Source: a virus (lineage: Duplodnaviria; Caudoviricetes). From it: a DNA stretch of 29,778 bases. Shown one piece after another: positions 1 to 10,219 of this stretch. The DNA lies in the IMG/VR virus record IMGVR_UViG_3300038974_000450, positions 1 to 29,778 of that record. One strand, 5' to 3'. Position 1 is the first letter of the stretch. The number at the start of each line of letters is the position of its first letter. The translations under genes and the position numbers were made by a program. The notes under the pieces are model-generated. The model saw only the letters and a list, made by a program, of their open reading frames with translations. It was not told the origin of the DNA and ran no database searches.

Positions 1-52
1 CCGCTCCCGGTGTGCTATCCGGATTATTGATTATTTCAGCTTCGTTTGCCAT
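1..52 (-). CDS. 5' end of the next tail gene (partial, runs off the window)
   Basis: ATG at 52-50 preceded by AGGAG; reads MANEAEIINNPDSTPGA to the edge; follows the tail fibre gene. Confidence 0.6.
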   Translation of the reverse strand, partial: MANEAEIINNPDSTPGA

Positions 53-72
53 TTTTTTCTCCTGATATTTTT

Positions 73-954
73 TTATGGTGTATAAGAACCGACAAATATA
101 TAGGCGAGCACTGTCCCTGATTCAATTTCTGTTTTTGGGCCGGTACGTGGAGTGCCGTTGGTGCCGTCGGTTACAGGATCACCAGTGGTTGTAAAGGTCG
201 AAGTAGTTGTATAACGTCCGGTGCCCACTTGGTTAGTCGCTGTTCCGTCGTTAATCAAAAAATAACCTAATAGTGTCGACATTCTGTGCCCCTGAAACTT
301 ATCCCTACGCCTCAACCCAGTTATCTTATTCTGTCCGGTCATATACAATCCTAATCCAGCCCATGAAAAATGCTTGCATGAAGTTGTTGATCCTAAAACT
401 CTATTGAGATAAATTTCTATTGAAGTGCCGGACGGTGAACCTGATACGGTTATTTGGCGTGTGTTTTTGTTTATGTTGGTAATATTGTATTCCGAACCGC
501 CTGAAACGAGGATTCTCCAGCCGCTTGTCGGTGAACCCGCAAAAAGCCAATCTTCATAAAGTTCTGCAATCATAGCAACATTAGCGGCATTATCGCCAAG
601 CGTAAAAACAGAGCCTGACCACGAACCGGAAAAAGAAGAAACCGCCGTATTAAATTCATCATATATAACTTTTCTTGAGCGCATTTCGTCTATGAAGGCA
701 GAATCAAAATTTGTTGTTGTCAATGTCTGGTCTGGTAGCGACATGCAAAACCACGGAAAACTTGAGGATATTGGTTTATAGCAATTTAAAAATTTCATTT
801 CTTGTCCGATATATAAAGACTGTAAAGATGAAATTAGATTTGTGATTGTTATTTTAAAGTCACCAGAACTATCACGCCCCGGCACTCGCTCCGTTCCGTC
901 AACTACAGTTTTCGTTCTGTTAATATCATCAATAGTTTTTGGCTGTGTACTCAT
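73..954 (-). CDS. tail fibre / tail-collar-related protein
   Basis: 293 aa, Ser/Thr/Gly rich; C-terminal 'DKFQGH...DGTNGTPRTGPKTE' resembles the C-terminal motif of collar-type tail fibres; distal tail module position. Confidence 0.6.
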   Translation of the reverse strand: MSTQPKTIDDINRTKTVVDGTERVPGRDSSGDFKITITNLISSLQSLYIGQEMKFLNCYKPISSSFPWFCMSLPDQTLTTTNFDSAFIDEMRSRKVIYDEFNTAVSSFSGSWSGSVFTLGDNAANVAMIAELYEDWLFAGSPTSGWRILVSGGSEYNITNINKNTRQITVSGSPSGTSIEIYLNRVLGSTTSCKHFSWAGLGLYMTGQNKITGLRRRDKFQGHRMSTLLGYFLINDGTATNQVGTGRYTTTSTFTTTGDPVTDGTNGTPRTGPKTEIESGTVLAYIFVGSYTP

Positions 955-983
955 TTTTTACTCCTGATAAATAATAATAATAG

Positions 984-2801
984 TTATCGTATATCACCGC
1001 TCAAAATCCATTGTGCGCCGTCTAACGTTGCCGGCTGTGAATCAAAAGTAAGCGGATAAAATTTTTCAAGTCCTTCCATTTTAATTACATCCTGCCCGGG
1101 GTCACACTCTTTAACAATCCATTTTGACCATGTGGAAAACTCACGCTCGTTTATTGTCGGCTCATATATAACCGTGTCAAGTAAATTTATTTCAAAAGTA
1201 TCAGCACCAAGACCGACTTCTAAAGTCTCTCGAATATTTCCGAAACGCTCTATAATTCTATTAGACAAATCAATAGCATCGGCTTCAGCGACTAAATCAG
1301 TATCAAACTCTGCAATATAAGATTTTCTCCAACGTCCAAAAAGTTCAAGCTCCAAACTGTTATTTAGATAACTGCGCTCAAAAGCATCATTGACCCAGTT
1401 TTTACGATAGTTAATCTTTGCACTTGAGCAATAATATTTTGTAGCATCCATAAAATTCTTTTTGGGTGCTTGTGTTGCAATCCAGCTTTCAAAATAATGC
1501 TCGTCGTATGTTTTGCCCCATCGTCTTATTGTGAGCAGTTTATTATTTTTCTGAATTAAAAAAGCTATATCATTTTTCAACACGCCTTCAATCAATTCCT
1601 TTGTAGTTCCGCCGTCAAAGTAAAATCCGATGTCAGCACAATAGGAAAGATAATCATTTGTCTCTACTAAGTCCCAGATGCCCTCAATGTATTGTATGCC
1701 CTCATTCTGCGCGAGTGCCTCAATAATTATTTCACCGATAGAGCAATCTGTCTTGCCAGTTACGTTCATATATTCAGCTTCAATGACTTCTCCGTCACCG
1801 TCAACGCTTGTGCACCGTATAACGCCAGTTGTTGCATTAAAAGAGTGTGTCAGGGAATTTCCGTCTTTGTCGTAAACTCCCTGCACACTTGTAATATGAG
1901 ATTTATCAAGAGCTATATAATCAATCCATTTCGCCGGGTTTGCTGTGTCTTTATCAACTTCAATAGGTTCGATGCCATATAATGTGCCCCATCCGACGGG
2001 TATATTTTCATTTAAATTTGAATCTGAAATATTTGGAAACTCATCCCTCGTAAATTTTCGGCAGTATTCTTTATTCATTAAATAGAATTGGTCAACTGCT
2101 GTTATCTGTATTTTTTTAAAATCAACTTTTATATCCTGAACTATGCCGAAACGTATCTGATTAAACTCATCAATGCTCTGTGCGTTTGTGCTTGTTTTAG
2201 ATATTTGCAGAGGTGTGTTAAAATAATTTAATATATCAACCCCATCAAAAAATCCATCACGGTTATCGATATTGATGTTAAACGAATTATAAACATTAAC
2301 GCCAGATATAGCGTCAGATATTGCATTATTCAGAGAAGGAATTTCCAAGCGCGGAATAGCACGAACATTGCCATAATATATATCTGATAGATTGTCTTCA
2401 TTACGTGGAGCTGTTGAAAATGTAGACAATGGATTGCTATATACAGAAGCATAAGCCGTGAAATATTGCCACGGGTTTTTGTCTATGTTCATGTAGCAAA
2501 TATTATTTGCAACATCAATATAAAAACTGTTTTCTGTCACAAGCAAATTTGATTCAAGAAAAACCTCTATCAAAAATTTATCCATGTAGACTTGTAAGCC
2601 TGTACCGACAACGTTATCAAAATATCCGCCCCATGCAATCCAGTAATTTGATGGGTCTGTTATTAGCGGTGCAACAGAAAACGAGAATATGTTTTTCTGT
2701 CTTGAGAAGTTATTCGGCGCTATGGCAACGGTAGGCGACCATTTATTACTCTGAAATAATTCTGCTATATATTTTACAGATTGACGGAGAGGGGAACTCA
2801 T
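984..2801 (-). CDS. tail tip / baseplate hub-like protein
   Basis: 605 aa, second gene after the tape measure; 'ENIPVGWG' resembles the IPxxYG motif of tail-tip proteins. Confidence 0.55.
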   Translation of the reverse strand: MSSPLRQSVKYIAELFQSNKWSPTVAIAPNNFSRQKNIFSFSVAPLITDPSNYWIAWGGYFDNVVGTGLQVYMDKFLIEVFLESNLLVTENSFYIDVANNICYMNIDKNPWQYFTAYASVYSNPLSTFSTAPRNEDNLSDIYYGNVRAIPRLEIPSLNNAISDAISGVNVYNSFNINIDNRDGFFDGVDILNYFNTPLQISKTSTNAQSIDEFNQIRFGIVQDIKVDFKKIQITAVDQFYLMNKEYCRKFTRDEFPNISDSNLNENIPVGWGTLYGIEPIEVDKDTANPAKWIDYIALDKSHITSVQGVYDKDGNSLTHSFNATTGVIRCTSVDGDGEVIEAEYMNVTGKTDCSIGEIIIEALAQNEGIQYIEGIWDLVETNDYLSYCADIGFYFDGGTTKELIEGVLKNDIAFLIQKNNKLLTIRRWGKTYDEHYFESWIATQAPKKNFMDATKYYCSSAKINYRKNWVNDAFERSYLNNSLELELFGRWRKSYIAEFDTDLVAEADAIDLSNRIIERFGNIRETLEVGLGADTFEINLLDTVIYEPTINEREFSTWSKWIVKECDPGQDVIKMEGLEKFYPLTFDSQPATLDGAQWILSGDIR

Positions 2802-3493
2802 TAAAACCTCTCTTCGAAATTGAATTTATAAGAGTACAGAAATTTATAACTGCTTGATTGCAATAATGATAAAGGCTTATCTGATGCCGCATAAAAATGT
2901 AGCATTGTGTCAGGCACTTTGTGCTGTTCGTCATCCAGTAAAATAAAATACGGATAAGACCTTTGAATCTGTGTTTGATATGCGGTCTCTAAATCGTTGT
3001 ATATTTCTTCTGTAAATTTATATCTCACATCAGCAACAAAACGCCGACCGTAATAACCGCCCGCTCCGGGTATTGTTTGACCTGATAATGTTTCACGGCT
3101 TTCAGTTGTTGTATAAAATCCGATTTCTTTTGACGGCGCTGTGCCTAAAGTTCTGTATTCACCTATGCCGACACGCCCGATGTAATTTCCATTGTGTGTA
3201 ATAGTATATGTATCTGATGTCATTTCTGTCAGTAAATAAAGCCCGTTATTATACTTACGTGTAATGTCAGTTCTTACTGGTAACGTTATTATCTGCGGTG
3301 TTGTTATTCCGTCATCAATCGTAATCTCCGTTGCGTCTGTGTAGCCTATACCGATACAATTAACAGTTTCGGCATCGTCAAAAGTTGCTGTAAATGTAAC
3401 CGATGCATTATATCTGTCAGCCAACGCCGGTGATTTAATTTCTGCCGGCACTCCTGACGCAAATTGCATTTTGTCGTTTATTAAAATTCTCAT
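2801..3493 (-). CDS. distal tail (Dit-position) protein
   Basis: 230 aa directly after the tape measure and translationally coupled; call is by synteny. Confidence 0.5.
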   Translation of the reverse strand: MRILINDKMQFASGVPAEIKSPALADRYNASVTFTATFDDAETVNCIGIGYTDATEITIDDGITTPQIITLPVRTDITRKYNNGLYLLTEMTSDTYTITHNGNYIGRVGIGEYRTLGTAPSKEIGFYTTTESRETLSGQTIPGAGGYYGRRFVADVRYKFTEEIYNDLETAYQTQIQRSYPYFILLDDEQHKVPDTMLHFYAASDKPLSLLQSSSYKFLYSYKFNFEERF

Positions 3494-5955
3494 ACGGCAA
3501 ACACTCCGCGCCCGATGTTATTGTTAGTAATTGATATTTCACCGGTATTTATTCCCTTTTGCACTATGCTGAATAATTCAGCTTCACCGATTTTAATAGA
3601 TACATTCGTTACACCCATTGCGCTTTCGCCGCGCGGTGTTACTGTGACTGTTTCGCCTGCCTGTGCTTTCACCGGTGCGCCGTCATTTCTGTATTGTCTA
3701 ATGTCCGGCACCTCATAAGATGTCAGACCGGTTTGTGCGCTTATTGGTGTTGATAAAATTGCCGCTTGTTTTGCAAGACCTGCAACAAGCACAGCCTTTG
3801 CCATTATCGGCTTTGCCCATGTCGGCTTTATGTCGGAGGCTGCTAATACTTGCGTATATGCCAGATAAGAGTTGACCGCCGCTTGAGCCGCTGCGACTCC
3901 CTTTAATGCTATGGCCATAGCAGTAGAATTTTTGCCAAGATTCTGCATGGTCTGATTTATATCGGTTAGTGCGCTGCTCGTTGAATCCATAACGCTTTTT
4001 GCAAATTGACCGTAGTTTTTTGTCATGTTCTGGTTATGTCTTACGACTGCCTTTTCAAGCGCCGCCATTGCATCAAGTTTTTGTTCAAACGACATCGTGC
4101 TGTTTGCAATATCTACTATTCTTTGTTGTTCCCATAATGCAAGCTGTTCTTCGTTATAAATTTGCTCCTGTGCAATTCTGTCTGTAAAAAACTTTTCGGC
4201 CATATCAAGTCTTTGTTGATGTATAGCCGCCTCGGTTTCCGGTATCATTTCCAATTGAGCTTTAAAAATATCGTTTGCTGTTTTTGCTTTTTCTGCTGAT
4301 GCCGCTGATGCTTTTCTATCGGCCTCCATCATCGCGGAGGCTTTCTTTCCGTATTCTTTTATTTCATCTTTTAATTGTGCTTTGCGTTCTGCGTATGCGG
4401 CACGGGCTGCTGACTGTTTTGTTTTTTCAACTTCAATAGCCGCTTTCATTGTTGCGGTTACTTTGTTTTGGTTTTCTTGTATCGATTTAAATTTTTCGCC
4501 GATAAGCGGAAGCTTTGACAATTGCTCAAGTAATCCCGATACAGCGCCCATGACTTTTTCACGAATTGAAACACCGAGTTGTAATAATCCTATTGTTGCT
4601 GTACTTGCAAAATCCTGAAATTTGTATTTTATTAAATCCCAGTTCTTTGCAACTATAACACCGATTACAACAAGAGCCGCAAGACCGGCGACTATTAAGC
4701 CGACTGGATTTAAAAGCATTACGGCATTTAATGCTGCCATTGCTCCAGACATTAAACCAGTAACAACCGCCGCCGCTGATGTAACAACATTGTAAGCTAA
4801 AAATGCAGAGCCAACTATTGCGATAGTATAGCCTAAACCTTTTAAAAGATTGTTGAGATTGTCTCCCGTGTTTACCCATTTTAAAATGGCACTTGAGACT
4901 TTTATCACAACAAGAGCTATATCTTTTAACAGCGGTAAAAATTTTTGACCTATACCGGCGGCTGTCATTTTGATATTATCACTCATTGTTGATAATACGC
5001 CTGATGTTGTTTTGCTTGCGATTATCATACCTTCAAAAAATATCCCGCCTTCTCCGGTCATGGTTTTAAATGCTTTTACAAGTTCATCGGTTGATACAGT
5101 TCCAGTTGATATTTGTTTAAAAAATGCGGTCATGTTTTCTTTTCCATAACCCATACTTTGAGCCATTTCCGTAAATATGGGAACTCCGGCCTCTGCTATC
5201 ATGTTTAAAGATTCCATGTCAACCTTTCCCTTTAGCATGGCCTTAGAAAAACCGCGTGTTATGCTATCAAGTTTTTCCGCGTTTCCTCCGGCGGTATCTC
5301 CGAGCATTTTAAAAGTGTCTACGGTTTTTTGTATGTCTCCGTTCATGACTGGCAATAGTGTTGTTGTCGCTTTTCTTATTGCATCAAATTCAAATGGAGT
5401 TTCGGCGGCGGCGATATTTAGGGCTTGAACTAATTCTTTGGCTCTTGCCGCCCCACCCATAAGCGGAGTAAATGCAGCCTCTGCGTCTTCGAGTTTTCGA
5501 GCTTCATTAAATATTCCAACGAACCCATCTTTTATTTTGTATAATACAGATTGAATTAAGTTTGCACCCAAAACACCTTTTAAAACTGATGAAAACATGG
5601 AAGTTGATTGTTGCGCTTTTTGTGCGGCTGGCCCGATTTCTAACATTCTATTCCGCATTTTTTCAAGTGCGGGTGAAGCGGGGTCTATGCCCTTTGATAT
5701 TAAACTCTGAATTTGTGTCTGAAGTTTTTTATATTCGTTAGCAAGTGCCGCAGACTTGCCCTGAGTCGCTGTCATTGCAACGGTTGATAGTTTATTTTTC
5801 TCGATGTATTTATCTATCTGATTTGATAGAGCTTTGTATTCTTTTGAATTTACATCATTAACTTTTTGCAGTTTTTCAGATGTACCGATTAAACTTTTAA
5901 AATCCGCTTCGGCTTGTGCAAAGTCTGACTTTATCTTTAAACTTATATCAGCCAT
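3490..5955 (-). CDS. tape measure protein
   Basis: 821 aa, Ala-rich helical; tape-measure domain (AAAETPFEF...GKVDMESLNMIAEAGVPI) and hydrophobic 'LNPVGLIVAGLAAL...KNWD' segment. Confidence 0.93.
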   Translation of the reverse strand: MADISLKIKSDFAQAEADFKSLIGTSEKLQKVNDVNSKEYKALSNQIDKYIEKNKLSTVAMTATQGKSAALANEYKKLQTQIQSLISKGIDPASPALEKMRNRMLEIGPAAQKAQQSTSMFSSVLKGVLGANLIQSVLYKIKDGFVGIFNEARKLEDAEAAFTPLMGGAARAKELVQALNIAAAETPFEFDAIRKATTTLLPVMNGDIQKTVDTFKMLGDTAGGNAEKLDSITRGFSKAMLKGKVDMESLNMIAEAGVPIFTEMAQSMGYGKENMTAFFKQISTGTVSTDELVKAFKTMTGEGGIFFEGMIIASKTTSGVLSTMSDNIKMTAAGIGQKFLPLLKDIALVVIKVSSAILKWVNTGDNLNNLLKGLGYTIAIVGSAFLAYNVVTSAAAVVTGLMSGAMAALNAVMLLNPVGLIVAGLAALVVIGVIVAKNWDLIKYKFQDFASTATIGLLQLGVSIREKVMGAVSGLLEQLSKLPLIGEKFKSIQENQNKVTATMKAAIEVEKTKQSAARAAYAERKAQLKDEIKEYGKKASAMMEADRKASAASAEKAKTANDIFKAQLEMIPETEAAIHQQRLDMAEKFFTDRIAQEQIYNEEQLALWEQQRIVDIANSTMSFEQKLDAMAALEKAVVRHNQNMTKNYGQFAKSVMDSTSSALTDINQTMQNLGKNSTAMAIALKGVAAAQAAVNSYLAYTQVLAASDIKPTWAKPIMAKAVLVAGLAKQAAILSTPISAQTGLTSYEVPDIRQYRNDGAPVKAQAGETVTVTPRGESAMGVTNVSIKIGEAELFSIVQKGINTGEISITNNNIGRGVFAV

Positions 5956-6355
5956 TGTTTATTTTTGCCTCCGCTTTTCTTTGTTGCTTTTCTATGAGAA
6001 AATTTTCAACATGTTTAAAAGTCTTTTCCATCTGCTTTAAAAAGTTTAACAGCCATTGCCGTTCACTTCCCCACCCCGAACCGTGAGGCAATCCGAAATA
6101 GTGGTAATTATCCCAGATGTCAAAATAGTAACGGAACTCTATTCCGCTTACCGCTTCACATCTGACAGGTTTTCCGGTTTCACTATCATTGTAAAAAAAG
6201 TTACTGCCGGAAACGGCTTTCTTAATTTCTCGCTGTATTATAAAGCCGCCCGGCAACTCCTCCGCTTTATCCCAGAAAACATCACTGTAATTATCGGTAT
6301 CAAAATAACCGAGTAATAACAGCTTGAATAAAGTTGTCAGGCTTTCTACTCCCCC
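5948..6355 (-). CDS. tail assembly chaperone T segment, expressed as a G-T fusion by -1 frameshift
   Basis: the frame of ORF 5948..6256 is open back to GGGGGAG (6349-6355) and is -1 relative to G; 'YFGLPHGSGWGSERQW' resembles T segments. Confidence 0.75.
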   Translation of the reverse strand, partial: GGVESLTTLFKLLLLGYFDTDNYSDVFWDKAEELPGGFIIQREIKKAVSGSNFFYNDSETGKPVRCEAVSGIEFRYYFDIWDNYHYFGLPHGSGWGSERQWLLNFLKQMEKTFKHVENFLIEKQQRKAEAKINNG

Positions 6356-6702
6356 GCTGTCAGTTCCTCGTCTGACGGAAAAAGATAAGCCCTGATTTCT
6401 GTAAATAAATCTTTCAACAACGGATTGTTAGCTGAAGCTAACTCTGCACCGGTTTTAATTTTTTCGTCACCGATTTCAAGATTATGAACTTTTGAAACAA
6501 AAGTTGATACAAGCATATTATCGTTATATACAAGTTGCATTGTTCCGGATGAATCAAATTTAAAGCCCTTGTAATTCTGCTCTTCGCTTGTCGCGGGTAT
6601 GCGTGAAAATTCTATTACCACCTGTTCGTTGGACGGCAATTTTTTGTTGTCATTCCATTCCGGAATAAAGCGTTTTTCAATTTTTATAGCTCTTAATTTC
6701 AT
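6346..6702 (-). CDS. tail assembly chaperone G
   Basis: 118 aa between tail tube and tape measure; ends ...LTAGE-stop on a slippery G run. Confidence 0.75.
   Translation of the reverse strand: MKLRAIKIEKRFIPEWNDNKKLPSNEQVVIEFSRIPATSEEQNYKGFKFDSSGTMQLVYNDNMLVSTFVSKVHNLEIGDEKIKTGAELASANNPLLKDLFTEIRAYLFPSDEELTAGE
6349..6355 (-). other. putative -1 programmed ribosomal frameshift site GGGGGAG
   Basis: GCG GGG GAG TAG at the end of G; the -1 frame GGG GGA GTA GAA... is open to 5948. Confidence 0.7.
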
Positions 6703-6726
6703 CTTGATAAATCTCCTTATATATTT

Positions 6727-7413
6727 TTATGCTGATGCTGTTGGTACTGTTCGCAGATACAAGCTCGCCGGGCCTTGTCCTTTAGTCCATCCGTAATCAC
6801 CTTTGAATGCGTCTTTAAGTGCAACGTTATTAGATACGCTGTTAAGTATTGCCGGTGTTATCAGCCAATTTTCAACTTTGCCGTCTACCCCTGCGTTTTT
6901 GCTGTTAAGCAGTATCATAAGCAGAAGGTCGTTGTCATTCTGCGCGGTTAGCGTGTATGTTCCCTCTCCGTCGTCTTCTATGATGTCATAAAACTTAACA
7001 AGAAAATCTTTAGTTACCGGCACAAGTTCATCTGTGTCCTCGTCGAACCTCAGAAAAGTATTTATTGAGCCTGAAAGGTTAGTAAAACCGTCAGGAATGT
7101 TTGACATATACGGGGCATCGCATGAATCCGTAACGTCAATTACACCCATCTCGCCGGAAATTTCAACGTCAACTTTGCATACTTCTGTAAGTGTAAGAGG
7201 GTAAACACTGTCACCGCTTGCAAGTGTAATTGCATCACCTACGCCTTCGGGTGTTTTGAAAATTGAACCGACTTTAAGGGCAGGCAGGGCGCTTGCTGTT
7301 CCGAATGAGGAAATCTTATACCAGCTATTTGCTGCCAGCGTGCCGGATGTAACAAGAGTTCCCTTTACTGCATTGTAAAGTATAGAGTCGCTTCCTTTGT
7401 GTTTTATGCTCAT
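6727..7413 (-). CDS. major tail tube protein
   Basis: 228 aa, 'IDVTDSCD...SNIPDGFTNLSGSIN' tail-tube-like motif; upstream of the chaperones; no sheath gene seen. Confidence 0.75.
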   Translation of the reverse strand: MSIKHKGSDSILYNAVKGTLVTSGTLAANSWYKISSFGTASALPALKVGSIFKTPEGVGDAITLASGDSVYPLTLTEVCKVDVEISGEMGVIDVTDSCDAPYMSNIPDGFTNLSGSINTFLRFDEDTDELVPVTKDFLVKFYDIIEDDGEGTYTLTAQNDNDLLLMILLNSKNAGVDGKVENWLITPAILNSVSNNVALKDAFKGDYGWTKGQGPASLYLRTVPTASA

Positions 7414-7415
7414 TA

Positions 7416-7607
7416 TTATTCTCCTTTAATTCCTATATTGTCAGATGATAAACTATCATCTATATTTTCACTTTCAACTTTGGCAGATGTTTTTTTTTCA
7501 GGTTGATTTTTAACAACGCTATAAACATCCGGTGTGTTTAGTTTTTCTTCATTGCGTTTTCCGCAGTACGATGTCCGCTTGCCGTCTTGTATTACTACTT
7601 TAGTCAT
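7416..7607 (-). CDS. small hypothetical protein
   Basis: 63 aa with GGAGG RBS, packed in the operon. Confidence 0.55.
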   Translation of the reverse strand: MTKVVIQDGKRTSYCGKRNEEKLNTPDVYSVVKNQPEKKTSAKVESENIDDSLSSDNIGIKGE

Positions 7608-7617
7608 ATAACCTCCG

Positions 7618-8025
7618 TTAGTCGCATGAGTCTAAAGGCTCAGAAAATGTAATTGCAAAATAAAGATAGACTGATAAATTCTGCATTATATCCATGCTCT
7701 CGATTTCTATGTTTTCTAACATTGTCATTCCGATATTTTTTGGGTCATAAGCTATCATATAATCTGTAATAACTTCCTGATATTTTAGTGAATCCTCATA
7801 AGATATTCTATATAATTGCGCTTGAAAATATAACGATAGTCTGTTTTCAGTTGCTAATTTTTGGACTGAATTATCATAGATAAATAACGAAAGTTTTTTA
7901 CTGTCGCGACTTCCGCCGATTTGTATTTCTTCAAAAGGTGTCAATCCTTCCGCCGTCAATAGCGGTTGCAAGTCGGTCTGCATATCAAGTGAAAAAGTTG
8001 TTACTATGTCGTGAAGTTTATTCAT
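7618..8025 (-). CDS. putative tail terminator / completion protein
   Basis: 135 aa acidic protein just before the tail tube; synteny only. Confidence 0.55.
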   Translation of the reverse strand: MNKLHDIVTTFSLDMQTDLQPLLTAEGLTPFEEIQIGGSRDSKKLSLFIYDNSVQKLATENRLSLYFQAQLYRISYEDSLKYQEVITDYMIAYDPKNIGMTMLENIEIESMDIMQNLSVYLYFAITFSEPLDSCD

Positions 8026-8435
8026 ATTTTTTTCATTTCTTTATCGAGAAATTTATTATCAAATTCATTCAGTATTCTTTGTAAGTCTGATTGCATTATG
8101 CCTTTTAATCTGCCTCTGATTATATTTCTTGCCGGTTCTTTTTTTCCGCCTCTTAATCTTCGCCCACGTTCAAAAAGATTAACCGGATAACTTGATATTG
8201 AAACCATATCGGCACGCCTGTTTATTGAATATCCGACTGTACGCCGTCCGCGTTTATCTTCGGGATACTTTCTTAAATTTAAAGATTGCCCTGAAAGTAA
8301 TTTTGTTTTTAAATTTGTCTTGCCTTCTTTGCCCACATAGCCGAGCATCTGCGCTCTGACTTGCGGAAAAATTTCTACAAGTTTACGCATGAAATCAAAC
8401 TGTCTGTCATTATATTCAAAAATTAAACGAGCCAT
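8022..8435 (-). CDS. neck / tail completion protein (HK97 gp10- or gpZ-position)
   Basis: 137 aa basic protein, 'YPVNLFERG...KEPARNII' resembles neck-protein motifs; synteny. Confidence 0.55.
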   Translation of the reverse strand: MARLIFEYNDRQFDFMRKLVEIFPQVRAQMLGYVGKEGKTNLKTKLLSGQSLNLRKYPEDKRGRRTVGYSINRRADMVSISSYPVNLFERGRRLRGGKKEPARNIIRGRLKGIMQSDLQRILNEFDNKFLDKEMKKI

Positions 8436-8749
8436 AACACCTGCACCCCCTGTTCATCCCGTTCAACTTCCTGAATCGTGTACATCTTATCCCTGTATGT
8501 TAAATATAATTGCACATTGTCGTATAAATCAAAAGCTGTAATCTCTGAGACAATAAAGCGGGCGCCGTCTTTTTTCATTTGTACGCCCGCAGCGTCTTTA
8601 TTGCCTCTGAAATTATTTTCGTCAAATACACCTGACAAAGTTACATCTGCACCGGACGGGTCGAATATTGCCGGTTCTGTGAATACCCCGTCTTCTCCGA
8701 GCTGTTCAGCCAGATGTAACTTGTATATGTCAAGTGCACTTGTTGTCAT
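8423..8749 (-). CDS. head-tail joining protein (gpFII-like)
   Basis: 108 aa after the capsid; beta-rich C-terminus 'YTIQEVERDEQGVQVLWL'. Confidence 0.65.
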   Translation of the reverse strand: MTTSALDIYKLHLAEQLGEDGVFTEPAIFDPSGADVTLSGVFDENNFRGNKDAAGVQMKKDGARFIVSEITAFDLYDNVQLYLTYRDKMYTIQEVERDEQGVQVLWLV

Positions 8750-8769
8750 ATTTTACCGTTTAACACCTG

Positions 8770-9861
8770 TTATGATTCTGGGAATGTGCCTGCTGATTTT
8801 GCAGTCCTATTGATGTTGCCCGGAACAAATGCAACTCTTGTTTGTGAGCGGATAAGTTCAGTTACCGGGTCTTTGGTGTTGAATGAGTCAAACACAATTT
8901 CGCCGACTGTTCTTACTGCTTTTTCGTTACCATCAAGAGCATCTACTCCCCTGAATACACGGTATCTGTCGTCACCGATAGAGAAAATTATTGCTTCATC
9001 TTCAGGCATAAAATCTGCTGCTGTTGCGCCAACATAAGCAACATATTTATATCGAGGCTCGAAGGCACAAATATAAACTGGAGCAACCTCACCGGGAACA
9101 AGATATCTTGCCATCATCATAAGTCCCTGAGTGTTAAAAAGTTCAGGAGGCATAATTGACTGCATTACAATCTGATTTGCGCTGTTCGCTTTCATATACT
9201 CGATAACGGTTGTATCTGTTGCAAATTCTTTGAGCCACTTACGGCCGAGAATTATACACATGTTATCATAAGAGCCGCCTTGTGCACGGTAAGCGTCAAT
9301 AAGCTCTTTGAGCGCTTCGTTTATATCAGCACCGGCAGCGGTAAAATCATAAGTAATTGACAGTGACGCATCTCTGCCATAATCAATTTTAATTCCAATA
9401 TCTTTCCCGCCTATACCGAGAGGTGCAAATATACCGGTTCTGATTGTATCAAGCGCCATTTTCCATCTCGTTACTGTGTGTGCTACAACGTGCTGATTGA
9501 TTATGTTCTGAACCATTTTGGCATGTTTCGAGCTGAATGAACCTGTTGATTCAATACCTGCGACAACCGCGTCCCTGAGAGCTTCACTTATTGGCGTTTT
9601 TTCTGATGCGTGAGGCACTTCGTAAATTTTTCCTGTACCGGCTGAATATTTTCTTACGTGAGATTCTTCGTCGGGATGTCTGAATGCTACGGCTTCGGGG
9701 TTTACGATAAGCTGGTCAATTGCAAAATTGGCACTTGTGTCCATGTCATCAATGTCAAAAAGAAATTGGTCAATTCCTTTTTTACCGCCGAGCAACATAT
9801 TTCCGGTTTCTTCGTAAAGCCTTTTAAGTGTCCTGGTAAATTTATCCAATGTATCTGCCAT
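8770..9861 (-). CDS. major capsid protein (lambda gpE family)
   Basis: 363 aa following the decoration gene; 'IDYGRDASL' motif and size typical of the gpE family. Confidence 0.85.
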   Translation of the reverse strand: MADTLDKFTRTLKRLYEETGNMLLGGKKGIDQFLFDIDDMDTSANFAIDQLIVNPEAVAFRHPDEESHVRKYSAGTGKIYEVPHASEKTPISEALRDAVVAGIESTGSFSSKHAKMVQNIINQHVVAHTVTRWKMALDTIRTGIFAPLGIGGKDIGIKIDYGRDASLSITYDFTAAGADINEALKELIDAYRAQGGSYDNMCIILGRKWLKEFATDTTVIEYMKANSANQIVMQSIMPPELFNTQGLMMMARYLVPGEVAPVYICAFEPRYKYVAYVGATAADFMPEDEAIIFSIGDDRYRVFRGVDALDGNEKAVRTVGEIVFDSFNTKDPVTELIRSQTRVAFVPGNINRTAKSAGTFPES

Positions 9862-9877
9862 TGTGTTCTATTCCTCC

Positions 9878-10219
9878 TTATTTCTTTTTGATATAGAAGC
9901 CGTTTGCTGCGGCTGCTGCTATATAGTCTTCATCGATTGTAAGTGCTGCACCTGAATTGTCCACAAATCCGTCCTGAAAAACCTGTCCGCCTTTAATAAC
10001 TGCATCATAACCGGCGGCAGAAAGTACTCTGCTTGTTGCTTGAGGATTACCAAGATAAATCGCTGCAAGGTTTGCCGGTGTTGCATCATATTCATAATAA
10101 TCTGATGCCGCTGTATACTTGAGAGGCATGCCTCTGTAATATGTGCCAGCTTTCAGTTTTACTTGGTCGGTCTGAATTTGTCCGCATATTAGATTTTCTG
10201 TTGCGTAAGATGTCGCCAT
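9878..10219 (-). CDS. head decoration protein (gpD-like)
   Basis: 113 aa between protease and capsid; 'ENLICG...LKAGTYYRGMPL...AANGFYIK' pattern. Confidence 0.75.
   Translation of the reverse strand: MATSYATENLICGQIQTDQVKLKAGTYYRGMPLKYTAASDYYEYDATPANLAAIYLGNPQATSRVLSAAGYDAVIKGGQVFQDGFVDNSGAALTIDEDYIAAAAANGFYIKKK

Noticed and set aside
73-2801. Diversity-generating retroelement or invertible tail-fibre system
   Set aside because: No reverse transcriptase, invertase or template/variable repeat pair seen in the window
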